Assembly: GCA_965603825.1 (NCBI GenBank)
Contig: CBFDEM010000046.1
Location: forward strand, 620,001 to 684,000
DNA: 64,000 bases
Origin: Blepharisma stoltei ATCC 30299
Taxonomy: Eukaryota > Protista > Ciliophora
Direction: 5' to 3'
Part shown: piece by piece, positions 23,655 through 36,032 of the stretch
Position numbering within the stretch: the first letter of the stretch is position 1
How the letters are laid out: each line of letters begins with the position of its first letter
Notes under the pieces: model-generated
What the model saw: only the letters and a program-made list of their open reading frames with translations
Database searches by the model: none
What the model was told of the DNA's origin: nothing
Program-made: the position numbers and the translations under genes

Positions 23655-24221
23655 TCTAGTTAATGAAATATTAATTAAATATATTTCTTTTTATATATAT
23701 GAAAATTTTAAGCAAATTATATTTCCTGGTTGATCTTTGAAGTTTTTTAAAAATGTGTATGAGTGTTCGGCTTTCAAATACAGAAATTATACCTTTGCAT
23801 AATTAATTTTGAGGTTTACTTTACTGCTAAATTTAGCCCTATTCAGTCAGAGAAGCAGATGCTGAGAGTATTCTCCAGGCTTCTTAGGACATCGAATTTA
23901 CCAGAAAGAAACATCCTAAACGGTGTAGATTGGAACCGTTAAAGAGTCTGACTGATCTGAGCATTTCGCCTGAATTCAAAAAGGCCTTAAAGCTCAAATA
24001 CCCAAAACCGGCTTCCTTAAGAGCAAGACCGAAGTAGATACACCTTGTGGGCTTGAAGTAGATAGAGCTGATAGAGTCTCTGCTAAGTAAATTTAATAAG
24101 TACCTCATAGTTTCGGTTGACAGCTATTAAAAGACCCAAGGAAAATTATAATAAGCAAACCCAATTTTCGCTGTATTCTGCAAGCTGATTCTCATAAACA
24201 CTAATTCTAATTACTCACTGC

Positions 24222-24602
24222 TTATAAATTATTGTTAGTCCTTCCCGCATAACACAAAAAATATTGCATGCTCATCATTGCAAAGAACCACATCACCCTG
24301 AGTTGTTCTTGAGTCGGATTCATAGCTGGCGTCTCTTCTTTTATTTGTGGCTTTTCCATAGGGGGCTTAGAAGGCTTTCTTTTCGGGTGCGTCTTTTTCA
24401 ATTCCTTCCAATAATCGACATGTGTTTTTGATATGTGTCTATTGAGCCCCTTTTTGTATTTATAAGTTTTATGGCATGCTTCGCACACAAAATTCCTATC
24501 GCCTGAATGGACTGCCATATGCCTTTGCAAATATTGTTTTCTTTTGAATCGCAAGGGGCACATGTCGCATATGAATGGACGCTCTTCATTTAAACTAGAC
24601 AT
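24222..24602 (-). CDS. C2H2 zinc-finger protein (2 fingers)
   Basis: RPFICDMC..F..L.RHMAVH-SGDRNF-VCEAC..L.RHISKTH. Confidence 0.9.
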   Translation of the reverse strand: MSSLNEERPFICDMCPLRFKRKQYLQRHMAVHSGDRNFVCEACHKTYKYKKGLNRHISKTHVDYWKELKKTHPKRKPSKPPMEKPQIKEETPAMNPTQEQLRVMWFFAMMSMQYFLCYAGRTNNNL

Positions 24603-24694
24603 ATTATAATCAAGTTCTTTAGTTAGAAATTACAGCATTCAAAAATAGATAAAAGTTGGAAATTGGGCTATCTTAATGCACAGCTAAATAGTTT

Positions 24695-24754
24695 TATATA
24701 GAAATTGCCCGAGGATGGTGCAAGATAGCGCCATCCTCGGGCAATTTCTATATA
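24695..24754. repeat. Perfect 24-bp inverted repeat (hairpin), TA-bounded
   Basis: TATATAGAAATTGCCCGAGGATGG (24695-24718) is the exact reverse complement of CCATCCTCGGGCAATTTCTATATA (24731-24754); 12-nt spacer. Confidence 0.95.
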
Positions 24755-25007
24755 TTTTCTTTTCATTTTCATATTTTCTTCTGGGGTCCTTCCCCAGATA
24801 AAAAAAAAAGCCACATTTGTGCACAAACTTTGGGGCTGCCTTCAATTTCTTCAGTGATCGTTTTGCCCTTATTTTTCATATACCACAATTTTTGAATGCC
24901 ATAGGAAAATGGCCCCTAATTTATCTTGATTAATTTATATTTCTACTTCTTAAAGATTTACGCAATATAATAAAATTTGAAACTTTTGATCGAAAAAATA
25001 GCCATAA

Positions 25008-25483
25008 ATGGGGTTGACAGAAGAACAAATAACGCATTGCAAGAGCATTTTCAGTCAATTTGATAAGGATGGGACTGGAAGGATAGATAGGTTTGAGCTT
25101 CGTGTTGTATTAGAGCGTAGTTTTTAAATAGAGATGGGGCAAAAGCCAAGTGAAGAAGAACTTTTTGCAATGATAAATGAAGTTGACGATAATAATACAG
25201 GTAAAATTGAATTTTACGAATTTTTAAAAGTTTATGAGCAGCATCAAAATGCTGAGGATGGCAGGGATGAACAGGACATGAGTAAATTTTATATATAGTT
25301 GATGCATTTGTGGCAATGGGAGGAAATCCAGATACAACTGGTTCTATCGATACGGATAAATTGATAAATGTCATTCGACAACAATTTGAAATGACTATAG
25401 ACATAGAAAGGCTTATTGAAGACATTGATGAAGACCAAAGTCATACAATTGAATACCAAGAATTCAAAAGGTTACTCAGCTAA
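25008..25483 (+). CDS. EF-hand protein, outer-arm dynein light chain 4 (18 kDa, calmodulin-like)
   Basis: Absent from the ORF track. After removing two introns: FDKDGTGRID..ELRVVLEQMGQKPSEEEL..DDNNTGKIEFYEF..IDAFVAMGGNPDTTGSI..FEMTIDIERLI..DEDQSHTIEYQEFKRLLS. Confidence 0.9.
25117..25131 (+). other. 15-nt intron
   Basis: GTAGTTTTTAAATAG; contains an in-frame TAA. Confidence 0.9.
25282..25298 (+). other. 17-nt intron
   Basis: GTAAATTTTATATATAG; removal restores QDMIDAFVAMGG. Confidence 0.85.
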
Positions 25484-25552
25484 AGTATAATTTAAGCTAT
25501 AATGGCACTTAAGGTAAATATTTTTCATGTATTTATTTTTAAAGACTCTAGA

Positions 25553-28207
25553 TTACAAGCTAATCAAGCCTTGCTGCCTATATCTTGTGCTAAGTCTAAA
25601 CGATTTTTTAGAAATCGTAGATCTTTGAGAGTGCCTCGGCTTCTGAACTGTTCCTTCTTCGTCTTCTCTCTTTTTGCTGGTTTTTTTCAATTTCTCCAGC
25701 TCTGTTTTCCCTTCAGCTTTGCTCATATTTTCAATTGACTTTTTACATGACTGGGCAAAATTTCAAAATTTTTCAAAAAATTCTTTGCTTTTCATGCCTT
25801 TGGTTTCCCCATAAAATTCTATGGCTTCTTCTAATGATTTTTTGACTTCTATTAATTTTCCTTTAAAATCTTGAAGCCTAGGGGATGATTCTTCGACAAA
25901 TCTTGTCATTTTGATGATAAAAGTTTTAAGATCGTTAGAGTTTATTGATGAGGCTTGTTTTATGTATTTTCCTGCTAAATTGAACCCTTTTTCAAATTCA
26001 GCTAATTTTATATCAAGATCTGCCATATCAAATTTGCTGCAATATTGACAGGGCTCAAATTCTGTAATAAAATTCAGCACGGACCGATTAGAAGCCATTA
26101 CAGTTTGTATCACAAATTCCAAAAGCGGAGTTTTTTTGCCGTCAAAACCCCTCAGATTTTCTAGCTGATGCAAAATATTCAATGAAAACCCTTGTGCATT
26201 CCCTTTATTAGTCCCATAATTTAAAAAATTCCCAATTTTCAAAATGGCATATATCATTGTTTGGAAATTTTTAGAATTCTTAATAGTCTCTATCGCCTGT
26301 TTTATTGATGCAAGCTGGCTATACACCTCAGGAAAATCCACAGTAAAATTCAGCTTAAAATACAAGCATTCAATTCTTCCTTGAAAAATCGGCATTCCTA
26401 CCCAAAGTTCTAGCAAAAATCTCTCCGCTTGGACAAGATTTTCTAAAGGTCCTTTATATTCTTTTAGCTGGTCCATTTCTTCATCAGTCGGCACCAATTT
26501 TATTAATTTCCCTATTTGTTCTGGACTTGTCATATACTCATTCATAGAATTTACCATAACTTTTGTTTGCTCTATTGATAAAGGATAATTTGATATCACA
26601 ATACCTGTGTTATTAGCTTTTTTCATGCTGGTTATATAGGTAACTTGCTTTGATGGGGCTTTTACATCAGCGTTTTCTTTTTTCTGTTCTCCAAACACAC
26701 AGGCTAGCTTAGAAAAATCAATAGGAATTTCAAGCGTGGCTGGGGCTTGGCCTCAGATGGTAGATTTTAGCTTGTATTTTGGGATTACGTCTCAGTGAAT
26801 TTTTTTGGTTGCAATATCCGGAGGGGGTGCTATTTGGGGGACTTGTAAGGTAGCCATGTTTGGCTTTGTAGGAGATGGAGAAGGAAATTGGCCAGGAGGC
26901 GGAGGAGGGGGAGGGGCTCGGGAATTTGGAGGTGGAGGAATAGAGGAATTTGGAAGAGCTGGGGGTGAAGGGACTGATTTTTGGGTAGGAAGAGGAGGGG
27001 GAGGTGGAGGGATTTGTGTGCTTGGAAGATGAGGGGGAGGTGGGGTTGGAGGAGTCCTTGATGGAGGTTGAGGGATATTGGGAAAGCTTGCTTGAGTGCT
27101 TGGAAGTGGAGGAGGCGGAGGTGCTTTTTGGTTTGGAAGAGGAGGCGGAGGAGGTGCATTTCGTATTGGAGGTGAAGGTACATTTGGGAGTGGAGGTGGA
27201 GGAGGCACATTTGGAAGTGGAGGCGGAGAAGGTGCATTTCATAGTGGAGGTGGAGGAGGCACATTTGGAAGCGGAGGCGGAGGCGGTGCATTTCGTAGTG
27301 GAGGTGGAGGAGGACTAATATTTATTTGAGGATTTGGAATATTAAAAGCATTGTTCTTATTGATTCCATCAGCGCTTTCTGAGCAATCTTTTTTATCTCC
27401 ATTATACTCACCTTTACAATGTTTGCATTTATTATCTCTCATCGCTTTCAAACTTTCTACTGCCATATGCTTAGAGAACATAACTGCATTTACCATTGTC
27501 CTAGCCAAAAGCCTTACTGAGCATTCTTTAACTAAAGTTTTATGTGCATCAACTACATGTTTTACCAGCTCCTGATGCGCATTGGCGTACATTTCTTTGA
27601 CTTCTTCATACTCATCAGGAATTTCATCAAGGCTTTCATCGCTTCCTTCAGAATCCTCTTCTTGGTCTCCTTGATACATAGACCCAAATTGTTTTGAAAT
27701 AGACTGGGATATGGTTTTTCTTATATCTTTTGTAATATTTATTTTCGGGATTTCTACGATATCTTCCTCTTCACTTAAGTCTATAAGTTCTTCAACTTTA
27801 CTATACCATTTTCCAATAAAATTTCTTAAAATAAACAACCTTTGTGAGTTGTAGATTCTATCTATGATTGCTAACGATTTTAGCTTTGAAACTGGTGCTG
27901 GGGATTGAAGGTCTTGTTTTGACATTGCAAATTTTTCCATCTCAGAAAGATGCTTTTTTAATTTTGAGTTCATTTTCTTTAAGAAAGAAATCTTTAAAGA
28001 GTATGATTGTTTTTCACTGTTTAATTCAGAAATTGTTTGTTCTTGATTGCTAATTATATTCAGCTGACGAAGGAAATCTTCTTGAGCTCGCACTAGTTCA
28101 TGCTTTAGCATTCTGTTTAAAAAATACTCAGTTTCAGGGTTTTCTTGAGGTATTTCTTCTTCTACAGAACTGAAAGATTCAAATTCATCACTATCCTCTT
28201 CACTCAT
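25553..28207 (-). CDS. Formin (FH1 polyproline + FH2 domain), about 884 aa
   Basis: Three track ORFs join via TGA=W. Poly-Pro FH1; FH2 [43 protein letters not shown]; ends TAA at 25553. Confidence 0.93.
26890..27312 (-). repeat. FH1 polyproline tandem repeats
   Basis: About 27-30-bp units encoding PPPPPL(P/R/W)N(A/V). Confidence 0.9.
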
Positions 28208-28320
28208 CAAATTAAATTTTATACGTTTTTTTACTAATGACAGATAATACAAAAACCAAAAAATTATTAATTTTCATACTAAAACTTACTAAGAAATCAT
28301 GATTTTTAAATTATTTTTTA

Positions 28321-29424
28321 TTAATTTTTACATTTGCATTGATTATTGTGTCTTTCTATATCTTTTTTCAGTTTTTCAATTTTCCCTTGAGTAGTTTCTC
28401 TCTGGCATATAATATTTTCATATATTAGCTGCTGCCTATGCACCATATCTTTCCTCCTTGCAGCAAGCTTCATAAAATCATAGCAAATTTTTTCTTCTAA
28501 ATATTTGGCATGCTTGACCAAAATTGTAGTAATCTCCGATGCCTCATATTCCCCCATAAGCCCATAGGCAAACTCTCTAAATTTTTTTGTGTTTCCAGAT
28601 TCAAAGGCTTCTCTCAAAGAATTTAAAATTTGCCGATCAGAGTCTTCTTTTTGCCTTTGGTAAAAGCTGTTTTCTTCTCCTTCTCGGTATGATAAAATTG
28701 AATAATCTTTTACCTCAGACTCAGAATTGTCCCCAGCAGTTTTCGCAGCTTGGACTATCTGCAATTGTGTTGTCAATCCACTGTTTTCAGCCATAATTTC
28801 TTGTGATTTTTTTTTATAAACTGACAAAAGCCCAAGAACCTTGGAGCAGCCAGTCACAAACTGCATTTTCTTAGGCGACAGCCTAAACAGCTGTATCAGC
28901 ATGTTTTTCCTGTTTTTTTCTTCATTTATTTCTTCTGTGATTTTTATGATTTTATTTTGATACAAATTTGAGGCATTATTTTTTATTTCTTCATTAATAT
29001 TGAAAGCGTTGCCTTTTTGGTAAGTAGAAATGTTATTGAATCGCCGCATTTTGAGCTCTTCTCTTGCAATTGGCCGGTAGACTTGTGGGAAAGTTGGCTG
29101 TTTGGAATAGGAATTGTTGTAGGTGGTGGCGACTGAAAAATTGGCAGTGCCACGTTGGAATTCGTCTTCTGAGTTGGAGGCGACTGAGGTAGGAGTTTTC
29201 CCTTCGTCTCTCATAGCGAGCTGGTCTTGTAAGTTTAAATTGTCGTTTATTAAGACTTCTATTAGATGCTTCATGCCTTCATCACTGAGCTCTTGTAAAG
29301 CTTCTTTTGGGACTTTGCCTTGATTTTTATAAGCGCGCTGGAGCTGGTCAATAAAAGGTTCACCAGGTAAACTTTCTCAGCTTTTAAGCTGCTGAAGGTC
29401 GAGAAGAGGAATTTTGTTGCTCAT
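28321..29424 (-). CDS. Coiled-coil hypothetical protein
   Basis: ORF extends to ATG at 29424 (MSNKIPLLDL) through one TGA. Confidence 0.75.
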
Positions 29425-29466
29425 TTTTTCTAAAATTTTAATTAAATTACAATAAGCTAGATTATT

Positions 29467-30537
29467 TTAAATGAAAGATTTCACTGATGAAACAGCTTCT
29501 TTTAGTTTCTTTAAAGATTTTTCTGTATCTTCAACTGCAATCGCATTCGAAACCATTTTCATTGAGCTCTTAAAATCAATCTGCTGAATAACAGTCACAT
29601 ACAGTCTATCATTTTTATTTTCTATTTGTATCACACTAAACAGCATTTCTCCACATTTTTCATCTCTTTTCTCATCCCCTTTTGGACAAATTATAGTCAA
29701 AATTTTATCATCATCAACTTTTGTATCCCAAATTTCCAAGAATTTTCTTTTTTCTTTTTTCTGCATTCTTGTGCTTGAAACAATACAATTTCCATACAAA
29801 TACCCAGACAATAATTCCGATTCTTTTAAATTAATTTCCCATTTGCATCTTTTCTCAGGATCGTAAAATATCGATAAAATTGACTCTACTGGCAAATTTG
29901 TAGATATAGAAATATCAATACGGGTCGCCACAATATCTTTGTTAAATTTGTTAAAAAATCTTTTATAAGCAGTAGTTGTATTTGATTTTTTTATGACGGT
30001 CCATAATTTTGCATCTAATAAATCAGGCAAAAGATCGTAAATCTGTAAATATCGGTCAGATCTTTGTATGTCCTGAGACTCGTCATAATTTTCGAACAGT
30101 TCTAAAAATCCTCTAGGTGTTATTGCAGAATTGTCAAGAGAATAGGTTGATTCTTTTTCTAAAATAGTCATAATTGACTCATCAAGGCTTAAAATTTCAT
30201 TTAAATTGTATTGTTCACTGCCTTCTGTTGAACTTGGGGTGGCTGGCGCTTTATGTCGATGTCCAAGCTTTGGCTTGTAAAGTCTAGGAGAAATTAATGG
30301 ATAAGTGCATTGACTCTCTTTTTCTTCTGTTTTTATAGTGGTGTTATCTAATGATAGATGTTCAGGAATAGGCGTATGGAGGAATTCAGCACCGCTATGC
30401 ATAGCTTCAGACATGGTTGAGCCTTCACTATTTCGTCGTTCTTTTAGGGCATGGAATTGATCTATAATATCTGATTCTTTTAGTAAGATAGGTCTCTTTG
30501 AGTCATCTTCATTTTCTCGGCTTTGGCAGCATCCCAT
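29467..30537 (-). CDS. Lipid-anchored (MGCC) protein with START/SRPBCC-like C-terminal domain
   Basis: MGCCQS myristoylation/palmitoylation motif; W..IKK..., FYDPEKRCKWE, VIQQIDFK and a terminal helix resemble the START fold. Confidence 0.7.
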   Translation of the reverse strand: MGCCQSRENEDDSKRPILLKESDIIDQFHALKERRNSEGSTMSEAMHSGAEFLHTPIPEHLSLDNTTIKTEEKESQCTYPLISPRLYKPKLGHRHKAPATPSSTEGSEQYNLNEILSLDESIMTILEKESTYSLDNSAITPRGFLELFENYDESQDIQRSDRYLQIYDLLPDLLDAKLWTVIKKSNTTTAYKRFFNKFNKDIVATRIDISISTNLPVESILSIFYDPEKRCKWEINLKESELLSGYLYGNCIVSSTRMQKKEKRKFLEIWDTKVDDDKILTIICPKGDEKRDEKCGEMLFSVIQIENKNDRLYVTVIQQIDFKSSMKMVSNAIAVEDTEKSLKKLKEAVSSVKSFI

Positions 30538-30828
30538 TTTAGTGCTTCTGGATATTATTAGAGTAATTTATCATAGAAAAACTAAAACAGTATATTGCAA
30601 TTAAATAAAATTATTTCTGGGTCTATATTTTATGATTACGATATGAAAATAAAATAAGACTTATTACTATAATAGCCGTTATAAAGTTTTTTGTTTATAT
30701 AATTATAATTAACCTTCTATAAGATTCTTAAAATAATTAGGTTTTATATGGTAAAACTCCAAAAAATGAAAAATTTAAATATTCTCAAAACTTAAACTAT
30801 GCTAGTCAGATAATGCATTTATATTCAA

Positions 30829-32627
30829 ATGTCAGGGAAAATTCAAAATGACCTAATAACTGCAGCTGAGCAAGGAAATATCGAAAAAATACGAGCTTTA
30901 ATGGACAAAAATATTATTAATTACAAAAACCAGTCTGGATACACAGCTTTAGCCCTTGCTGTAAGATCAGGACACCTTGAAATCGCAAATGAACTAATTT
31001 CTCATGGGGCTGATATAAACTCAACAAATCAAGTATGGTTTTACTTAGATAGGCTGGACAAAGCGTTTTATTTATTGCTTGCTGACACAACCAAGCTGAC
31101 TGTGTAAAACTCCTTTTGAATAAAGGCGCTATAATTGATTCTTCAGATCAACGAGGGTGAACTCCTTTAATCATTTCTGTATACCATAACTACGCAAATA
31201 TAGTCCAAATCCTCTTAGATGCAGGCTGTGATATTGATCACAAAGACAGTGTAAGCTTTAAATAGTTTGGAAAAAAAGCGATTGACAGAGCCAAAAACAT
31301 TGAAATGATTTCTTTATTGCAAAAAAGTGGTGCTGAAAAACGAAAAAAATCAAAAGCAAACTCTTTATCCCTACCTGGAACCCCTGCAAAATACGAAATT
31401 CAGCAGCCTAAAGAAATAAGCACAAAAAACAGATCAATTTCTCCATCTGTTTTTAGCCGTTCTAGTTCTGTTTCCAGAAATAGCATATATATCGGCTCAG
31501 AGAAGTCAGATACCTCATTTAAATCAAATATCCGCCCCACAACTCCTCAAAAGCAGAGTTTTCAAAGCCCCGACACTATGAAATTTGACGAGAGAAAAAA
31601 AATAAAAAATGAAATTGAAAAATATTTAAATAAAGCTACCAGCAATTTTGAGAAAAAATTCACAGAAGATTGGACTAAAGATTTACAGTTTATTTTAGAT
31701 GAAGAAATAAATAAAGCTGAAATTTCTTTGCAGAATGAAGTTGATAAGCTCCTAATAAAATCCTCAAAAGATTTATTAGAAAAATTAAGAGGATTTACGC
31801 TCCTTACAGTAGATGATATTTTTTTAAATAATGGAATAAGTGTGGTAGAATTTTCCCCAGAAAGCTATAAAAGTGATGCTGATTTTTTTATACAAAAAAG
31901 CCCGCCTAAGCTGCAAGGAAAAGATTATACAAAAAATGAAGAATCCCCTATAATACAATGGCCAACTTTTGAAGGGAATTATGAGCATAAAGACCAAATT
32001 TTTAAGCATATAGACAGCCAATTTGAAGAGCTTGAAAGCAAGCTTAACAAGTTTAATATGAACCAAATCACTAAAGAAATAAACCAAAGGGTCGCACATT
32101 TAAAGCAGACTTTAATTTTAAATATCCAAGAAGAAGTAGTTGAAATCGGAAAGCAAATAAAAACTGAGCTTGAAAAAATCGCCCACGCCAGGATTAAGGA
32201 TATAATAGAAATGAATAATTTTCGTTATGAGTCCAGGCTTGAAAGCTCTCAAGATTTTTCATCAAATCATTCATCAGTTCGTAAACAAATGAAAATATCT
32301 TCAAGCACAGATTTAAATCCAAAAGAATCAGTTGTATGATCAGAAGAAAGCTCCGTTAAAATTCCTGACAGCAGCTATGTTTTTATAGAAAGCTTTTCTA
32401 AAGATTTCAGTGGGTATAAAAGCCCTCAGGTGAGACCATCAAGTGCACAGCCAAATGCTCGGAATAGCAGAAAAAATAGTTTTTCTAAAGAAGGGAATAA
32501 AGGGAAGCAGCCTTTAGGCTCAAGTAAAAACCAAAAATCAGGGAATTTTCCGAAAACAAATGTAAGTGAGGTATTGCAAGAGTTTCTGAAACGCGAAGAA
32601 AGCGTGAAAACGCAGTATCGTTTTTAA
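30829..32627 (+). CDS. Ankyrin-repeat protein with coiled-coil C-terminus
   Basis: GYTALALAVRSGHLEIANELISHGADIN, GQSVLFIACW, GWTPLIISV repeats; introns at 31033-31052 and 31251-31265; TGA=W at 32337. Confidence 0.88.
31033..31052 (+). other. 20-nt intron (skips an AG at intron positions 15-16)
   Basis: GTATGGTTTTACTTAGATAG; only the 20-nt excision keeps the ankyrin frame. Confidence 0.7.
31251..31265 (+). other. 15-nt intron
   Basis: GTAAGCTTTAAATAG; gives HKDS|FGKKAIDRA. Confidence 0.9.
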
Positions 32628-32669
32628 ATAATAAATACAATAATAATTACACTAAGAATGATTAGTTAT

Positions 32670-34154
<1,485 letters not shown>

Positions 34155-34440
34155 TAATTTAATATTAGAATTATATATGGGATCGAAAAAATAAGTTTTC
34201 ATCTTGATTTAATAGAAAGTTTAAGGCTTATTGATTGAAGCATTTGAATAGGAATAAATTTTTTAAAAAATAAGATATAAGGAATTATGTTTGTTGGTGA
34301 AAGATTAATTTTGCTGAAAAATAAAGCTTATGGGATAAAATTCAAAAGTAAAAAAGTTAGTAGGTTATAATGAAAATTAAATTAAGGTGATAAGGCATAT
34401 AAAGGAATTTTAGGAAATAAAATTTAATTATTCTTCACAG

Positions 34441-35046
34441 TTAAGCCTTTTCAGGGTCTTTAGTGCTTTTTCTTGGATGTCTAGGCGCTTTTCTAAAATA
34501 AGGCGTGCATCGGCTTTCTGTCATTGTTTTGGCTTTTAAATAATGCTTGGGCAATGCAACTTCTTCAACTAAATCAATTGAAATTCTTGGCTGTTTATCT
34601 TCTTCTTTTGCTATAGGAATTTGCTGCATACTTACACTTGTCTTATGCAGTGTTTTTTCATGACTTGCAAGCTTTGATACTCTTTTCCCATGCAGCGTTG
34701 ATAGAGGAACATCATTTATTTTGCTCTTTTGAGGTGCGCTTTTATTGATTTTTATATTCACAGCTTCTTCTGTATCGTCCATAGGCGTCTCACAAGCTTC
34801 TGTATACTGCGTGCTTAATGTTTCTGATAATGATCTCTCATGATCACAAGCAGTTGGCTTTAAAGTTTGCATTGAATTAAATGTTTCGACAGTGGATTTC
34901 AACATTTCGTTAGTGGATCTTAGCTCATCTCTTTTTTCTTCTAAGTCTTCTAAGCAGTAGCTTAGCTCTGAAATCGTGTTTTCAAAGCGGGCAACATTTT
35001 CCTTAAGGTCTGATAAGGAAAAAGTTTTTAGGATTTCTCTATACAT
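34441..35046 (-). CDS. Hypothetical coiled-coil protein
   Basis: First in-frame ATG at 35046 (MYREILK); true start uncertain. Confidence 0.6.
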   Translation of the reverse strand: MYREILKTFSLSDLKENVARFENTISELSYCLEDLEEKRDELRSTNEMLKSTVETFNSMQTLKPTACDHERSLSETLSTQYTEACETPMDDTEEAVNIKINKSAPQKSKINDVPLSTLHGKRVSKLASHEKTLHKTSVSMQQIPIAKEEDKQPRISIDLVEEVALPKHYLKAKTMTESRCTPYFRKAPRHPRKSTKDPEKA

Positions 35047-35284
35047 TAAAAATGTTTGGCATCCAGCCAATAAAGATGGAATTCAAATGTTAGAGCAAAG
35101 GAAAAAATTTAGCTCAAAATAAAGCTATGTTTTTATTGTAAACGCTGTAGTAAAAAAATAGTTAGAAATGAATTCAAATTAGTTATAAATTTAAAAAATT
35201 ATGAATTTTATGCTAAAAAATAAAAATTTTAAGATTTAACTTCTATATATAGCACAACGTAAATTTAACTTAATAATTAATAAA

Positions 35285-35803
35285 ATGAACTTCAGCTCAA
35301 GAAATGCACTTACAGGTAAAAGACTATTAAACCCAGAAAACCAAAGCAGCACTTCACCACCTAAATATTCTGATATAAGCAGACTTCCTCATCGTTGGAA
35401 AACTGATAAAATTAATTTTTCGACAATTGATGTTTCCGAGCTTCTTGGAAATAAAAAAATCATCCAATCTCCTCCAAGGACTGATTTTAACGTCCCTGAT
35501 TATCCTTTAAGAAGGATAAGAAAAGGAGTATCTGGCTGAGACTGGAAAACAGAGGCTGACGAGACTTTTGAGTCTTTCAGCCGCCCTGAAAGGTCGTCAA
35601 TTTCTTGTAAACCTACAAGAGACTCTTTCTCTGTAATTTTTCCATCAAGAAACTCAAAAATATACCAATCCCAAAGGAAACCATCCCCTGATATTTTGGA
35701 AAATATTCCCATAAGAGAATTTAATAGAAAAACAGACAGGCTTTCGACCTACAGTGAAGCTATGCTAAAAGCCAAGCAGCTGTTTAAAGGAATTAATAGA
35801 TAA
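35285..35803 (+). CDS. Hypothetical protein (172 aa)
   Basis: ORF reads through TGA at 35537 to TAA at 35801-35803. Confidence 0.65.
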
Positions 35804-36032
35804 CTATTAATGAGTCTAAATTAATCAAGCTTTACTTATATTGGGGTATTTACTTATAGTGTAACCACAGCTTTAATTTTAAAAAATTGTTAAAATGAAA
35901 TCTTTAAAGCATCTAAGGCTTCTTTCTTTTCAGGGAAATTTTCTTATACTATTATATAAAATTTATTATTTTTGAGCTATTTAGCATATCTTATAGCAAA
36001 AAACTGAAATTTACAGGCTTATATAATCATAA

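Noticed and set aside
26730-27329. Gly-rich, Ser/Thr-rich and Leu/His-rich overlapping ORFs
   Set aside because: Alternative-frame and antisense shadows of the formin FH1 polyproline repeats.
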